Below are positions 45,083-57,918 of a stretch of DNA of 64,000 nucleotides, in pieces. Every line of letters begins with the position of its first letter. The first letter of the stretch is position 1. Under the pieces are notes generated by a model. It saw only the letters and a program-made list of their open reading frames with translations. It had not been told where the DNA came from and did not search any database. Source of the DNA: Escherichia coli (GTDB taxonomy: Bacteria; Pseudomonadota; Gammaproteobacteria; Enterobacterales; Enterobacteriaceae); the NCBI RefSeq assembly GCF_003334355.1, contig NZ_QOWP01000009.1; one strand, given 5' to 3'. The position numbers and the translations under genes were made by a program.

Positions 45083-47269
45083 ATGTCCGATCGTATCGAT
45101 AGAGACGTGATTAACGCGCTAATTGCAGGCCATTTTGCGGATCCTTTTTCCGTACTGGGAATGCATAAAACCACCGCGGGACTGGAAGTCCGTGCCCTTT
45201 TACCCGACGCTACCGATGTGTGGGTGATTGAACCGAAAACCGGGCGCAAACTCGCAAAACTGGAGTGTCTCGACTCACGGGGATTCTTTAGCGGCGTCAT
45301 TCCGCGACGTAAGAATTTTTTCCGCTATCAGTTGGCTGTTGTCTGGCATGGTCAGCAAAACCTGATTGATGATCCTTACCGTTTTGGTCCGCTAATCCAG
45401 GAAATGGATGCCTGGCTATTATCTGAAGGTACTCACCTGCGCCCGTATGAAACCTTAGGCGCGCATGCAGATACTATGGATGGCGTCACAGGTACGCGTT
45501 TCTCTGTCTGGGCTCCAAACGCCCGTCGGGTCTCGGTGGTTGGGCAATTCAACTACTGGGACGGTCGCCGTCACCCGATGCGCCTGCGTAAAGAGAGCGG
45601 CATCTGGGAACTGTTTATCCCTGGGGCGCATAACGGTCAGCTCTATAAATACGAGATGATTGATGCCAATGGCAACTTGCGTCTGAAGTCCGACCCTTAT
45701 GCCTTCGAAGCGCAAATGCGCCCGGAAACCGCGTCTCTTATTTGCGGGCTGCCGGAAAAGGTTGTACAGACTGAAGAGCGCAAAAAAGCGAATCAGTTTG
45801 ATGCGCCAATCTCTATTTATGAAGTTCACCTGGGTTCCTGGCGTCGCCACACCGACAACAATTTCTGGTTGAGCTACCGCGAGCTGGCCGATCAACTGGT
45901 GCCTTATGCTAAATGGATGGGCTTTACCCACCTCGAACTACTGCCCATTAACGAGCATCCCTTCGATGGCAGTTGGGGTTATCAGCCAACCGGCCTGTAT
46001 GCACCAACCCGCCGTTTTGGTACTCGCGACGACTTCCGTTATTTCATTGATGCCGCACACGCAGCTGGTCTGAACGTGATTCTCGACTGGGTGCCAGGCC
46101 ACTTCCCGACTGATGACTTTGCGCTTGCCGAATTTGATGGCACGAACTTGTATGAACACAGCGATCCGCGTGAAGGCTATCATCAGGACTGGAACACGCT
46201 GATCTACAACTATGGTCGCCGTGAAGTCAGTAACTTCCTCGTCGGTAACGCGCTTTACTGGATTGAACGTTTTGGTATTGATGCGCTGCGCGTCGATGCG
46301 GTGGCGTCAATGATTTATCGCGACTACAGCCGTAAAGAGGGGGAGTGGATCCCGAACGAATTTGGCGGGCGCGAGAATCTTGAAGCGATTGAATTCTTGC
46401 GTAATACCAACCGTATTCTTGGTGAGCAGGTTTCCGGTGCGGTGACAATGGCTGAGGAGTCTACCGATTTCCCTGGCGTTTCTCGTCCGCAGGATATGGG
46501 CGGTCTGGGCTTCTGGTACAAGTGGAACCTCGGCTGGATGCATGACACCCTGGACTACATGAAGCTCGACCCGGTTTATCGTCAGTATCATCACGATAAA
46601 CTGACCTTCGGGATTCTCTACAACTACACTGAAAACTTCGTCCTGCCGTTGTCGCATGATGAAGTGGTCCACGGTAAAAAATCGATTCTCGACCGCATGC
46701 CGGGCGACGCATGGCAGAAATTCGCGAACCTGCGCGCCTACTATGGCTGGATGTGGGCATTCCCGGGCAAGAAACTACTGTTCATGGGTAACGAATTTGC
46801 CCAGGGCCGCGAGTGGAACCATGACGCCAGCCTCGACTGGCATCTGTTGGAAGGCGGCGATAACTGGCACCACGGTGTCCAGCGTCTGGTGCGCGATCTG
46901 AACCTCACCTACCGCCACCATAAAGCAATGCATGAACTGGATTTTGACCCGTACGGCTTTGAATGGCTGGTGGTGGATGACAAAGAACGCTCGGTGCTGA
47001 TCTTTGTGCGTCGCGATAAAGAGGGTAACGAAATCATCGTTGCCAGTAACTTTACGCCGGTACCGCGTCATGATTATCGCTTCGGCATTAATCAGCCGGG
47101 CAAATGGCGTGAAATCCTCAATACCGATTCCATGCACTATCACGGCAGTAATGCAGGCAATGGCGGCACGGTACACAGCGATGAGATTGCCAGCCACGGT
47201 CGTCAGCATTCACTAAGCCTGACGCTACCACCGCTGGCCACTATCTGGCTGGTTCGGGAGGCAGAATGA
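45083..47269 (+). CDS. glgB: 1,4-alpha-glucan branching enzyme GlgB
   Basis: 728 aa ORF; GH13 motifs (e.g. GFDGFRFDGV-like region [10 protein letters not shown]). Confidence 0.95.
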   Translation: MSDRIDRDVINALIAGHFADPFSVLGMHKTTAGLEVRALLPDATDVWVIEPKTGRKLAKLECLDSRGFFSGVIPRRKNFFRYQLAVVWHGQQNLIDDPYRFGPLIQEMDAWLLSEGTHLRPYETLGAHADTMDGVTGTRFSVWAPNARRVSVVGQFNYWDGRRHPMRLRKESGIWELFIPGAHNGQLYKYEMIDANGNLRLKSDPYAFEAQMRPETASLICGLPEKVVQTEERKKANQFDAPISIYEVHLGSWRRHTDNNFWLSYRELADQLVPYAKWMGFTHLELLPINEHPFDGSWGYQPTGLYAPTRRFGTRDDFRYFIDAAHAAGLNVILDWVPGHFPTDDFALAEFDGTNLYEHSDPREGYHQDWNTLIYNYGRREVSNFLVGNALYWIERFGIDALRVDAVASMIYRDYSRKEGEWIPNEFGGRENLEAIEFLRNTNRILGEQVSGAVTMAEESTDFPGVSRPQDMGGLGFWYKWNLGWMHDTLDYMKLDPVYRQYHHDKLTFGILYNYTENFVLPLSHDEVVHGKKSILDRMPGDAWQKFANLRAYYGWMWAFPGKKLLFMGNEFAQGREWNHDASLDWHLLEGGDNWHHGVQRLVRDLNLTYRHHKAMHELDFDPYGFEWLVVDDKERSVLIFVRRDKEGNEIIVASNFTPVPRHDYRFGINQPGKWREILNTDSMHYHGSNAGNGGTVHSDEIASHGRQHSLSLTLPPLATIWLVREAE

Positions 47270-49239
47270 CACAACTCGCCATTGGCAAACCCGCTCCCCT
47301 CGGCGCGCATTACGACGGTCAGGGCGTCAACTTCACACTTTTCTCCGTTCATGCCGAGCGGGTAGAACTGTGTGTCTTTGACGCCAATGGCCAGGAACAT
47401 CGCTATGACTTGCCAGGGCACAGTGGCGACATTTGGCACGGTTATCTGCCGGATGCGCGCCCGGGTTTGCGTTATGGTTATCGCGTTCATGGCCCCTGGC
47501 AACCCGCCGAGGGGCATCGCTTTAACCCGGCGAAGTTGTTGATTGATCCTTGCGCGCGGCAAATTGACGGGGAGTTTAAAGATAACCCGCTGCTGCACGC
47601 CGGTCATAATGAACCTGACTATCGCGACAACGCCGCCATTGCGCCGAAATGCGTAGTGGTGGTTGATCACTATGACTGGGAAGATGATGCCCCGCCGCGC
47701 ACGCCGTGGGGCAGCACCATCATTTATGAAGCCCATGTCAAAGGATTAACGTACTTGCACCCGGAGATCCCGGTCGAGATCCGTGGCACTTATAAAGCCC
47801 TCGGGCATCCGGTGATGATCAACTATTTGAAACAATTGGGCATTACCGCGCTGGAACTGCTGCCAGTGACGCAGTTTGCCAGTGAACCACGTCTGCAACG
47901 CATGGGGCTAAGTAACTACTGGGGTTACAACCCGGTGGCGATGTTTGCGCTGCATCCGGCGTATGCCTGCTCGCCAGAAACGGCGCTGGATGAGTTTCGC
48001 GATGCAATCAAAGCACTGCATAAAGCGGGTATCGAAGTCATTCTTGATATCGTGCTCAACCATAGTGCGGAACTGGACCTCGACGGCCCGTTATTCTCGC
48101 TGCGTGGGATCGATAACCGTAGCTATTATTGGATAAGAGAAGACGGCGATTATCACAACTGGACCGGTTGCGGCAACACGCTCAATTTGAGTCATCCGGC
48201 GGTGGTGGATTATGCCAGCGCCTGCCTGCGTTATTGGGTAGAAACCTGCCACGTCGATGGTTTCCGCTTTGATCTGGCGGCAGTCATGGGCCGTACGCCA
48301 GAGTTCCGTCAGGATGCGCCGTTGTTTACCGCTATCCAGAACTGCCCGGTGCTCTCGCAGGTGAAGTTAATTGCTGAACCGTGGGATATCGCTCCTGGTG
48401 GTTATCAGGTGGGAAATTTCCCGCCGCTGTTTGCCGAGTGGAACGATCATTTCCGCGATGCTGCCCGTCGTTTCTGGCTGCATTATGATTTGCCTCTGGG
48501 GGCGTTTGCCGGGCGTTTTGCTGCCTCCAGCGATGTTTTTAAACGTAATGGTCGTCTGCCGAGTGCCGCGATTAATCTCGTCACCGCACATGACGGTTTT
48601 ACGCTTCGCGACTGCGTTTGCTTCAACCATAAACACAATGAAGCAAACGGAGAAGAAAATCGCGACGGGACCAACAACAATTACAGTAACAATCATGGTA
48701 AAGAAGGGTTAGGCGGTACTCTTGATCTGGTTGAACGGCGGCGCGACAGCATTCATGCCCTGTTAACAACGTTGTTGCTCTCCCAGGGCACGCCGATGTT
48801 ACTGGCCGGTGACGAACATGGTCACAGCCAGCATGGCAATAACAATGCCTACTGTCAGGATAACCAATTAACCTGGTTGGACTGGTCGCAGGCAAGCAGT
48901 GGTTTAACCGCATTTACCGCCGCGTTAATCCATCTGCGCAAGCGTATTCCCGCTTTGGTGGAGAATCGCTGGTGGGAAGAAGGCGACGGCAATGTCCGTT
49001 GGCTAAATCGATATGCTCAACCTTTAAGCACGGATGAGTGGCAAAACGGGCCGAAACAGCTGCAAATTCTGCTCTCGGATCGCTTTTTGATCGCAATTAA
49101 CGCCACGCTTGAGGTAACAGAGATTGTTTTACCTGCTGGGGAGTGGCACGCCATTCCCCCATTCGCTGGAGAGGATAACCCAGTGATTACGGCTGTCTGG
49201 CAGGGACCTGCACACGGATTGTGTGTGTTCCAGAGATGA
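47266..49239 (+). CDS. glgX: Glycogen debranching enzyme GlgX
   Basis: 657 aa ORF; GH13; 4-bp overlap with glgB. Confidence 0.95.
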
Positions 49240-49250
49240 TAAAAAAGGAG
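49211..49250 (+). promoter_or_regulatory. glgC leader: GGA-loop hairpin and GGA-containing Shine-Dalgarno (CsrA target sites)
   Basis: Hairpin CACAC-GGATT-GTGTG (49211..49225) with GGA in the loop, then AAGGAG (49245..49250) 6 nt before the glgC ATG; matches the described CsrA-binding architecture of the glgC leader. Confidence 0.6.
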
Positions 49251-49256
49251 TTAGTC

Positions 49257-50552
49257 ATGGTTAGTTTAGAGAAGAACGATCACTTAATGTTGGCGCGCCA
49301 GCTGCCATTGAAATCTGTTGCCCTGATACTGGCGGGAGGACGTGGTACCCGCCTGAAGGATTTAACCAATAAGCGAGCAAAACCGGCCGTACACTTCGGC
49401 GGTAAGTTCCGCATTATCGACTTTGCGCTGTCTAACTGCATCAACTCCGGGATCCGTCGTATGGGCGTGATCACCCAGTACCAGTCCCACACTCTGGTGC
49501 AGCACATTCAGCGCGGCTGGTCATTCTTTAATGAAGAAATGAACGAGTTTGTCGATCTGCTGCCAGCGCAGCAGAGAATGAAAGGGGAAAACTGGTATCG
49601 CGGCACCGCAGATGCGGTCACCCAAAACCTCGATATTATCCGCCGTTATAAAGCGGAATACGTGGTGATCCTGGCGGGCGACCATATCTACAAGCAAGAT
49701 TACTCGCGTATGCTTATCGATCACGTCGAAAAAGGCGCACGTTGCACCGTTGCTTGTATGCCAGTACCGATTGAAGAAGCCTCCGCATTTGGCGTTATGG
49801 CGGTTGATGAGAACGATAAAATTATCGAATTCGTTGAAAAACCTGCTAACCCACCGTCAATGCCGAACGATCCGAGCAAATCTCTGGCGAGTATGGGTAT
49901 CTACGTCTTTGACGCCGACTATCTGTATGAACTGCTGGAAGAAGACGATCGTGATGAGAACTCCAGCCACGACTTTGGCAAAGATTTGATTCCCAAGATC
50001 ACCGAAGCCGGTCTGGCCTATGCGCACCCGTTCCCGCTCTCTTGCGTACAATCCGACCCGGATGCCGAGCCGTACTGGCGCGATGTGGGTACGCTGGAAG
50101 CTTACTGGAAAGCGAACCTCGATCTGGCCTCTGTGGTGCCGGAACTGGATATGTACGATCGCAATTGGCCAATTCGCACCTACAATGAATCATTACCGCC
50201 AGCGAAATTCGTGCAGGATCGCTCCGGTAGCCACGGGATGACCCTTAACTCACTGGTATCCGGCGGCTGTGTGATCTCCGGTTCGGTGGTGGTGCAGTCC
50301 GTTCTGTTCTCGCGCGTTCGCGTGAATTCATTCTGCAACATTGATTCCGCCGTATTGTTACCGGAAGTATGGGTAGGTCGCTCGTGCCGTCTGCGCCGCT
50401 GCGTCATCGATCGTGCTTGTGTTATTCCGGAAGGCATGGTGATTGGTGAAAACGCAGAGGAAGATGCACGTCGTTTCTATCGTTCAGAAGAAGGCATCGT
50501 GCTGGTAACGCGCGAAATGCTACGGAAGTTAGGGCATAAACAGGAGCGATAA
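49257..50552 (+). CDS. glgC: Glucose-1-phosphate adenylyltransferase GlgC
   Basis: ORF track 49221..50552; start at ATG 49257 ([17 protein letters not shown]...) gives 431 aa; GGRGTRL nucleotide-binding motif. Confidence 0.94.
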
Positions 50553-51985
50553 TGCAGGTTTTACATGTATGTTCAGAGATGTTCCCGCTGCTTAAAACCG
50601 GCGGTCTGGCTGATGTTATTGGGGCATTACCCGCAGCACAAATCGCAGACGGCGTTGACGCTCGCGTACTGTTGCCTGCATTTCCCGATATTCGCCGTGG
50701 CGTGACCGATGCGCAAGTAGTATCCCGTCGTGATACCTTCGCCGGACATATCACGCTGTTGTTCGGTCATTACAACGGGGTTGGCATATACCTGATTGAC
50801 GCGCCGCATCTCTATGATCGTCCGGGAAGCCCGTATCACGATACCAACTTATTTGCCTATACCGACAACGTATTGCGTTTTGCGCTGCTGGGGTGGGTTG
50901 GGGCAGAAATGGCCAGCGGGCTTGACCCATTCTGGCGTCCTGATGTGGTGCATGCGCACGACTGGCATGCAGGCCTTGCGCCTGCGTATCTGGCGGCGCG
51001 CGGGCGTCCGGCGAAGTCGGTGTTTACTGTGCACAACTTGGCCTATCAAGGCATGTTTTATGCACATCACATGAATGACATCCAATTGCCATGGTCATTC
51101 TTTAATATTCATGGGCTGGAATTCAACGGACAAATCTCTTTCCTGAAGGCCGGTCTGTACTATGCCGATCACATTACGGCGGTCAGTCCAACCTACGCTC
51201 GCGAGATCACCGAACCGCAGTTTGCCTACGGTATGGAAGGTCTGTTGCAACAGCGTCACCGTGAAGGGCGTCTTTCCGGCGTACTGAACGGCGTGGACGA
51301 GAAAATCTGGAGTCCTGAGACGGACTTACTGTTGGCCTCGCGTTACACCCGCGATACGTTGGAAGATAAAGCGGAAAATAAGCGCCAGTTACAAATCGCA
51401 ATGGGGCTTAAGGTTGACGATAAAGTGCCGCTTTTTGCAGTGGTGAGCCGTCTGACCAGCCAGAAAGGTCTCGACCTGGTGCTGGAAGCCTTACCGGGCC
51501 TTCTGGAGCAGGGCGGGCAGCTGGCGCTACTCGGCGCGGGCGATCCGGTGCTGCAGGAAGGTTTCCTTGCGGCGGCAGCGGAATACCCCGGTCAGGTGGG
51601 CGTTCAGATTGGCTATCACGAAGCATTTTCGCATCGCATTATGGGCGGCGCGGACGTCATTCTGGTGCCCAGCCGTTTTGAACCGTGCGGCTTAACGCAA
51701 CTTTATGGATTGAAGTACGGTACGCTGCCGTTAGTGCGGCGCACCGGTGGGCTTGCTGATACGGTTTCTGACTGTTCTCTTGAGAACCTTGCAGATGGCG
51801 TCGCCAGTGGGTTTGTCTTTGAAGATAGTAATGCCTGGTCGCTGTTACGGGCTATTCGGCGTGCTTTTGTACTGTGGTCCCGTCCTTCACTGTGGCGGTT
51901 TGTGCAACGTCAGGCTATGGCAATGGATTTTAGCTGGCAGGTCGCGGCGAAGTCGTACCGTGAGCTTTACTATCGCTTGAAATAG
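50552..51985 (+). CDS. glgA: Glycogen synthase GlgA
   Basis: 477 aa ORF; KTGGL motif near the N-terminus. Confidence 0.95.
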
Positions 51986-54451
<2,466 letters not shown>

Positions 54452-54466
54452 TTTCACTAATAAATA

Positions 54467-54495
54467 GAACGGGGCCAAAGGGTCCCGTTTTTTTC
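54467..54495 (+). terminator. Rho-independent terminator after glgP
   Basis: Hairpin AACGGGGCC-AAAG-GGTCCCGTT followed by TTTTTTT. Confidence 0.7.
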
Positions 54496-54566
54496 GCCAT
54501 CATTTCGGAAAAGTGTCCAGAAGGGGCAAGGGGACTCGGGGAGTATAATTTCGCCATTCAGAAAGA

Positions 54567-56083
54567 ATGGAAAGAATAATGCAAAACAGAAAATGGATTT
54601 TGACCTCGCTGGTAATGACTTTTTTCGGCATCCCCATTCTGGCGCAGTTTTTGGCGGCGGTTATTGCCATGCTGGGTGTCGGACTTGCCGGTATTATTGA
54701 AGTTTGTAATATCTTTATCACGCCAACAATTTACCTTCTGCTCAACGTCTTTATGCTGACGCTGGGGGCGATAATAATATTTTTCTCTGGTCGCGTGTGG
54801 GCCGGTGATAGCGCGCCAGAAAACAGAGAAATAGCCGTCTGGCGGCAATGCTTTTTTCTCTTACCCGCGCTATTAACCCTGGTTGGCTGGATAATCACGC
54901 TACATCTGGCAGATTATCAATTTCGCCAGATGGGAGCTGGTTGGTTGGCAAACCTTATGCTTCCCTGGTTGGCGTTTTTTTAGTCTCATTAGTGGGTGGT
55001 GAGTACTGGTGGATGGTCATTATTCCCGTTGGGGCGCATATCAGTTTTTCGCTGGGATACGCCTGGCCGACCAGATATCCTTTATCCGGCACGTCCGGAC
55101 TACGTTGCCGTAACTTACTCCTGTTTCTACTTCTCTTACTTGGTATTGTCGCCGGGTATCAGGCCCATTTATATAAGCAGCAAAATCCTGGTGTCGGTGT
55201 ACGCGAAAATATTGATATCTGGGCCTGGCGACCCGATAAACTCAATAATCGACTGACGCCGCTGCGTGGCAAACCGCAAATTCAGTTTAGGCAAAACTGG
55301 CCGCGAATCGATGGCGCCACGGCTGCGTACCCAATTTATGCTTCTGCATTTTATGCATTAAGTGTAATACCAGAGGATTTTCACGTTTGGGATTATCTGG
55401 AAAACTCTCGTACGCCAGAAGCATATAACAAAATCGTTAAGGGCGATGCTGATATTATTTTCGTGGCGCAACCTTCCGGTGGGCAAAAAAAACGTGCAAA
55501 GGAATCTGGTGTCACTTTGCTGTACACCCCCTTTGCCCGTGAAGCATTCGTTTTCATCGTCAATGCGGATAATCCGGTTAATTCCCTGACTGAACAACAG
55601 GTGCGTGACATTTTCAGTGGTGCAATTACCAATTGGCGTGCTGTTGGCGGTAACGATCAGGAGATCCAGACCTGGCAGCGCCCGGAAGACTCTGGCAGCC
55701 AGACAGTGATGCAATCACAGGTCATGAAAAATGTCCGCATGATCTCGCCGCAGGAAACGAAAGTGGCAAGCGTGATGGAGGGAATGATTAAAGTCGTTGC
55801 CGAATACCGTAATACAAACAACGCAATAGGCTATACCTTCCGCTATTACGCGACGCAAATGAATGCTGATAAAAATATAAAATTGCTAGCGATTAACGGT
55901 ATTACACCGACGGCGGAAAACATTCGCAACGGCAAATATGCGTACATCGTCGATGCATTTATGGTGACGAGAGAAAATACAACGTCAGAAACACAAAAAC
56001 TGGTCGAATGGTTTTTAACGCCGCAGGGGCAGAGTCTGGTAGAAGATGTGGGATATGTGCCGCTGTATCCAACAATGGAATAA
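54567..56083 (+). pseudogene. Membrane-anchored PstS-like periplasmic-binding-domain protein, apparently disrupted by a +1 frameshift at a T7 tract (yzgL-like locus)
   Basis: Frame A ORF 54567..54983 (multi-TM) ends at TAG inside a T7 run (54975..54981); frame B ORF 54848..56083 continues with TM-like segments and a C-terminal PBP/PstS-like domain (DSGSQT..AIGYTFRYY..YVPLY). One extra T would fuse them into a single ~505-aa ORF. TATAAT at 54544..54549. Confidence 0.5.
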
Positions 56084-56108
56084 CGCTCGAGAGAAAGGAA
56101 TCAGCGAG

Positions 56109-57101
56109 ATGAATAAATTCACCGGTGTTTTACTATTAGGCACGGCGTTACTGGCGGGATGTGTCGACCGGGAAGGGTACTATAACAGCGTTAGGGAAGA
56201 AGAGAGCCATGGACTGACGTCTCTGCGGGGGCAACCTGCATTACGTTACAGCGATGATTGGTCAAGATGGCCGAGAGTGTACGGCGCTACAGCCTTATAC
56301 CCGCTGTATGCCTCCGCGTATTATAAATTAGTACCCGAGCCAAAAGATAAGGATCGAACCTCGCTGGCCTGGCAGGCGTATGGTTTGCAGCAAACCCGAA
56401 CAGCTGAAGCCTACGATAGTCTGATTAAAGGTTCCGCGACGGTTATTTTTGTTGCACAACCGTCGGAAGGACAGAAAAAACGTGCAGAAGAAGCGGGTGT
56501 TAAACTGAAATATACCGCTTTCGCCCGCGAAGCCTTTGTCTTTATCGTTGATATTAATAACCCGGTAAATTCTCTCTCTGAGCACCAGGTTAAAGATATT
56601 TTTAGCGGCAAAACTAGCCGCTGGAATAAAGTAGGTGGTAGTGACGAACATATAAAAGTCTGGCAGCGCCCTGAAGATTCTGGAAGCCAAACGATTATGA
56701 AGGGGTTGGTTATGCAAGACACCCCAATGCTGCCAGCTAAAAAATCCACTGTGATTGATCTTATGGGCGGTTTAATTACTGAAGTTGCCGACTATCAAAA
56801 CACGCCATCTTCCATTGGGTACACCTTCCACTATTACGTCACTCGTATGAATGACAATATGCTCAAAATGCGCAAGCAGATTAAACTTTTGGCTATAAAT
56901 GGCGTTGCGCCTACCGAGGAAAATATCCGCAACGGCACTTATCCATACATTGTGGATGCCTATATGGTGACGCGTGAAAATCCCACGCCGGAAACGCAGA
57001 AATTTGTTGACTGGTTTATAAGTCAGCAGGGGCAACAGTTGGTAGAGGATGTGGGGTATGTGCCGCTGTATGAAGCATCCCCCGAATCATCAGGACAATA
57101 A
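56109..57101 (+). CDS. Lipoprotein with PstS-like periplasmic substrate-binding domain (paralog of the upstream gene's C-terminal domain)
   Basis: ORF track 56046..57101; start at ATG 56109 (MNKFTGVLLLGTALLAGC lipobox) after AAAGGA; the domain aligns by eye with 54848..56083 (AREAFVFIV, NPVNSL, WQRPEDSGSQT, IGYTF.YY, LLAINGV.PT.ENIRNG, VEDVGYVPLY). Confidence 0.7.
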   Translation: MNKFTGVLLLGTALLAGCVDREGYYNSVREEESHGLTSLRGQPALRYSDDWSRWPRVYGATALYPLYASAYYKLVPEPKDKDRTSLAWQAYGLQQTRTAEAYDSLIKGSATVIFVAQPSEGQKKRAEEAGVKLKYTAFAREAFVFIVDINNPVNSLSEHQVKDIFSGKTSRWNKVGGSDEHIKVWQRPEDSGSQTIMKGLVMQDTPMLPAKKSTVIDLMGGLITEVADYQNTPSSIGYTFHYYVTRMNDNMLKMRKQIKLLAINGVAPTEENIRNGTYPYIVDAYMVTRENPTPETQKFVDWFISQQGQQLVEDVGYVPLYEASPESSGQ

Positions 57102-57703
57102 TGATGAATATAATCAGACTTTATATTTATCCGTTATTTCTCGGCTTTGTTATTGTGCCGTTGTTGGTGTGGCCGATGGTGGTTGCGCTGGCTGCTTGTA
57201 TTATCACGCTGAGTTTTCTGGGGGAAATGCTGTTCTCAATCCCGCTCATGATCAGGCGTATTTCACTTCTGCAATTACAACTTTGGTTATCGGCTGAATA
57301 TGCGCTTTTCTTCTGTGTAATGTGTTGCGTTGGTTGGCAATTTACTCGTAGAACTCAATCTGAATTGAAAAGCAGGCTCCATTGTTGATTGGTATTCGCA
57401 CCGATCTATTTATGGTTGATCCTCTGGAATATCATTTTTTACATCGCGCCAGCGAAAATTGCGTTGCTGGAAAGTATCCGCAATTTCTTTCTGCTTGTTG
57501 TCTGGCTACCCCTGAATTTTTCGCCATTTTGGCCTCAGCCGTGGACGGATTTTATCGGTCCAATAAGCGCACAGCTTGGTTTTGCGTTGGGATATTATTG
57601 CCAGTGGTGCAGCAAAAATAGATGCCAGATACGGAAGTTGAGTGAGTGGGGAACGTGCTTAAGTTTTGTTACGTTGGGTATGATGGCGTGGGCTTTGCGG
57701 TAA
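57101..57703 (+). pseudogene. Small polytopic membrane protein ORF interrupted by an in-frame TGA (two ORF-track pieces 57101..57388 and 57389..57703)
   Basis: ATG 57101 overlaps the stop of the upstream lipoprotein gene (TAATG); ORF reads through to TGA at 57386..57388 and continues in the same frame from 57389 to 57703. The distal part (GPISAQLGFALGYYCQW) resembles the membrane segment of 54567..56083 (PVGAHISFSLGYAWPTR). Confidence 0.35.
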
Positions 57704-57747
57704 TTCCCTGAATCAAAAAGTAGGTCAGATTGTTGACAACGTGGCGC

Positions 57748-57846
57748 TTTGTTCATGCCTGATGCGGCGCGAACGCCTTATCAGGCCTACAAAATCATGC
57801 AAATTCAATATATTGTATAAACAACGTAGGCCAGATAAGCGTAGCG
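57748..57846. repeat. REP/BIME: two inverted REP units downstream of glpD
   Basis: GCCTGATGCGGCGCGAACGCCTTATCAGGCCTACA (57748..57782) and CGTAGGCCAGATAAGCGTAGCGCATCTGGCA (57816..57846); a 10-bp stem hairpin follows at 57870..57893. Confidence 0.85.
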
Positions 57847-57918
57847 CATCTGGCAGTTTTTTGGTTTGTCATCAGTCTCAGGTCAGATTGAAATCTGACC
57901 TGGCCACCTTACATTAAA

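Noticed and set aside
47203-47736. 177-aa minus-strand ORF overlapping the glgB/glgX junction (also 46775..47209, 45455..45931)
   Set aside because: Antisense to strongly supported glg genes.
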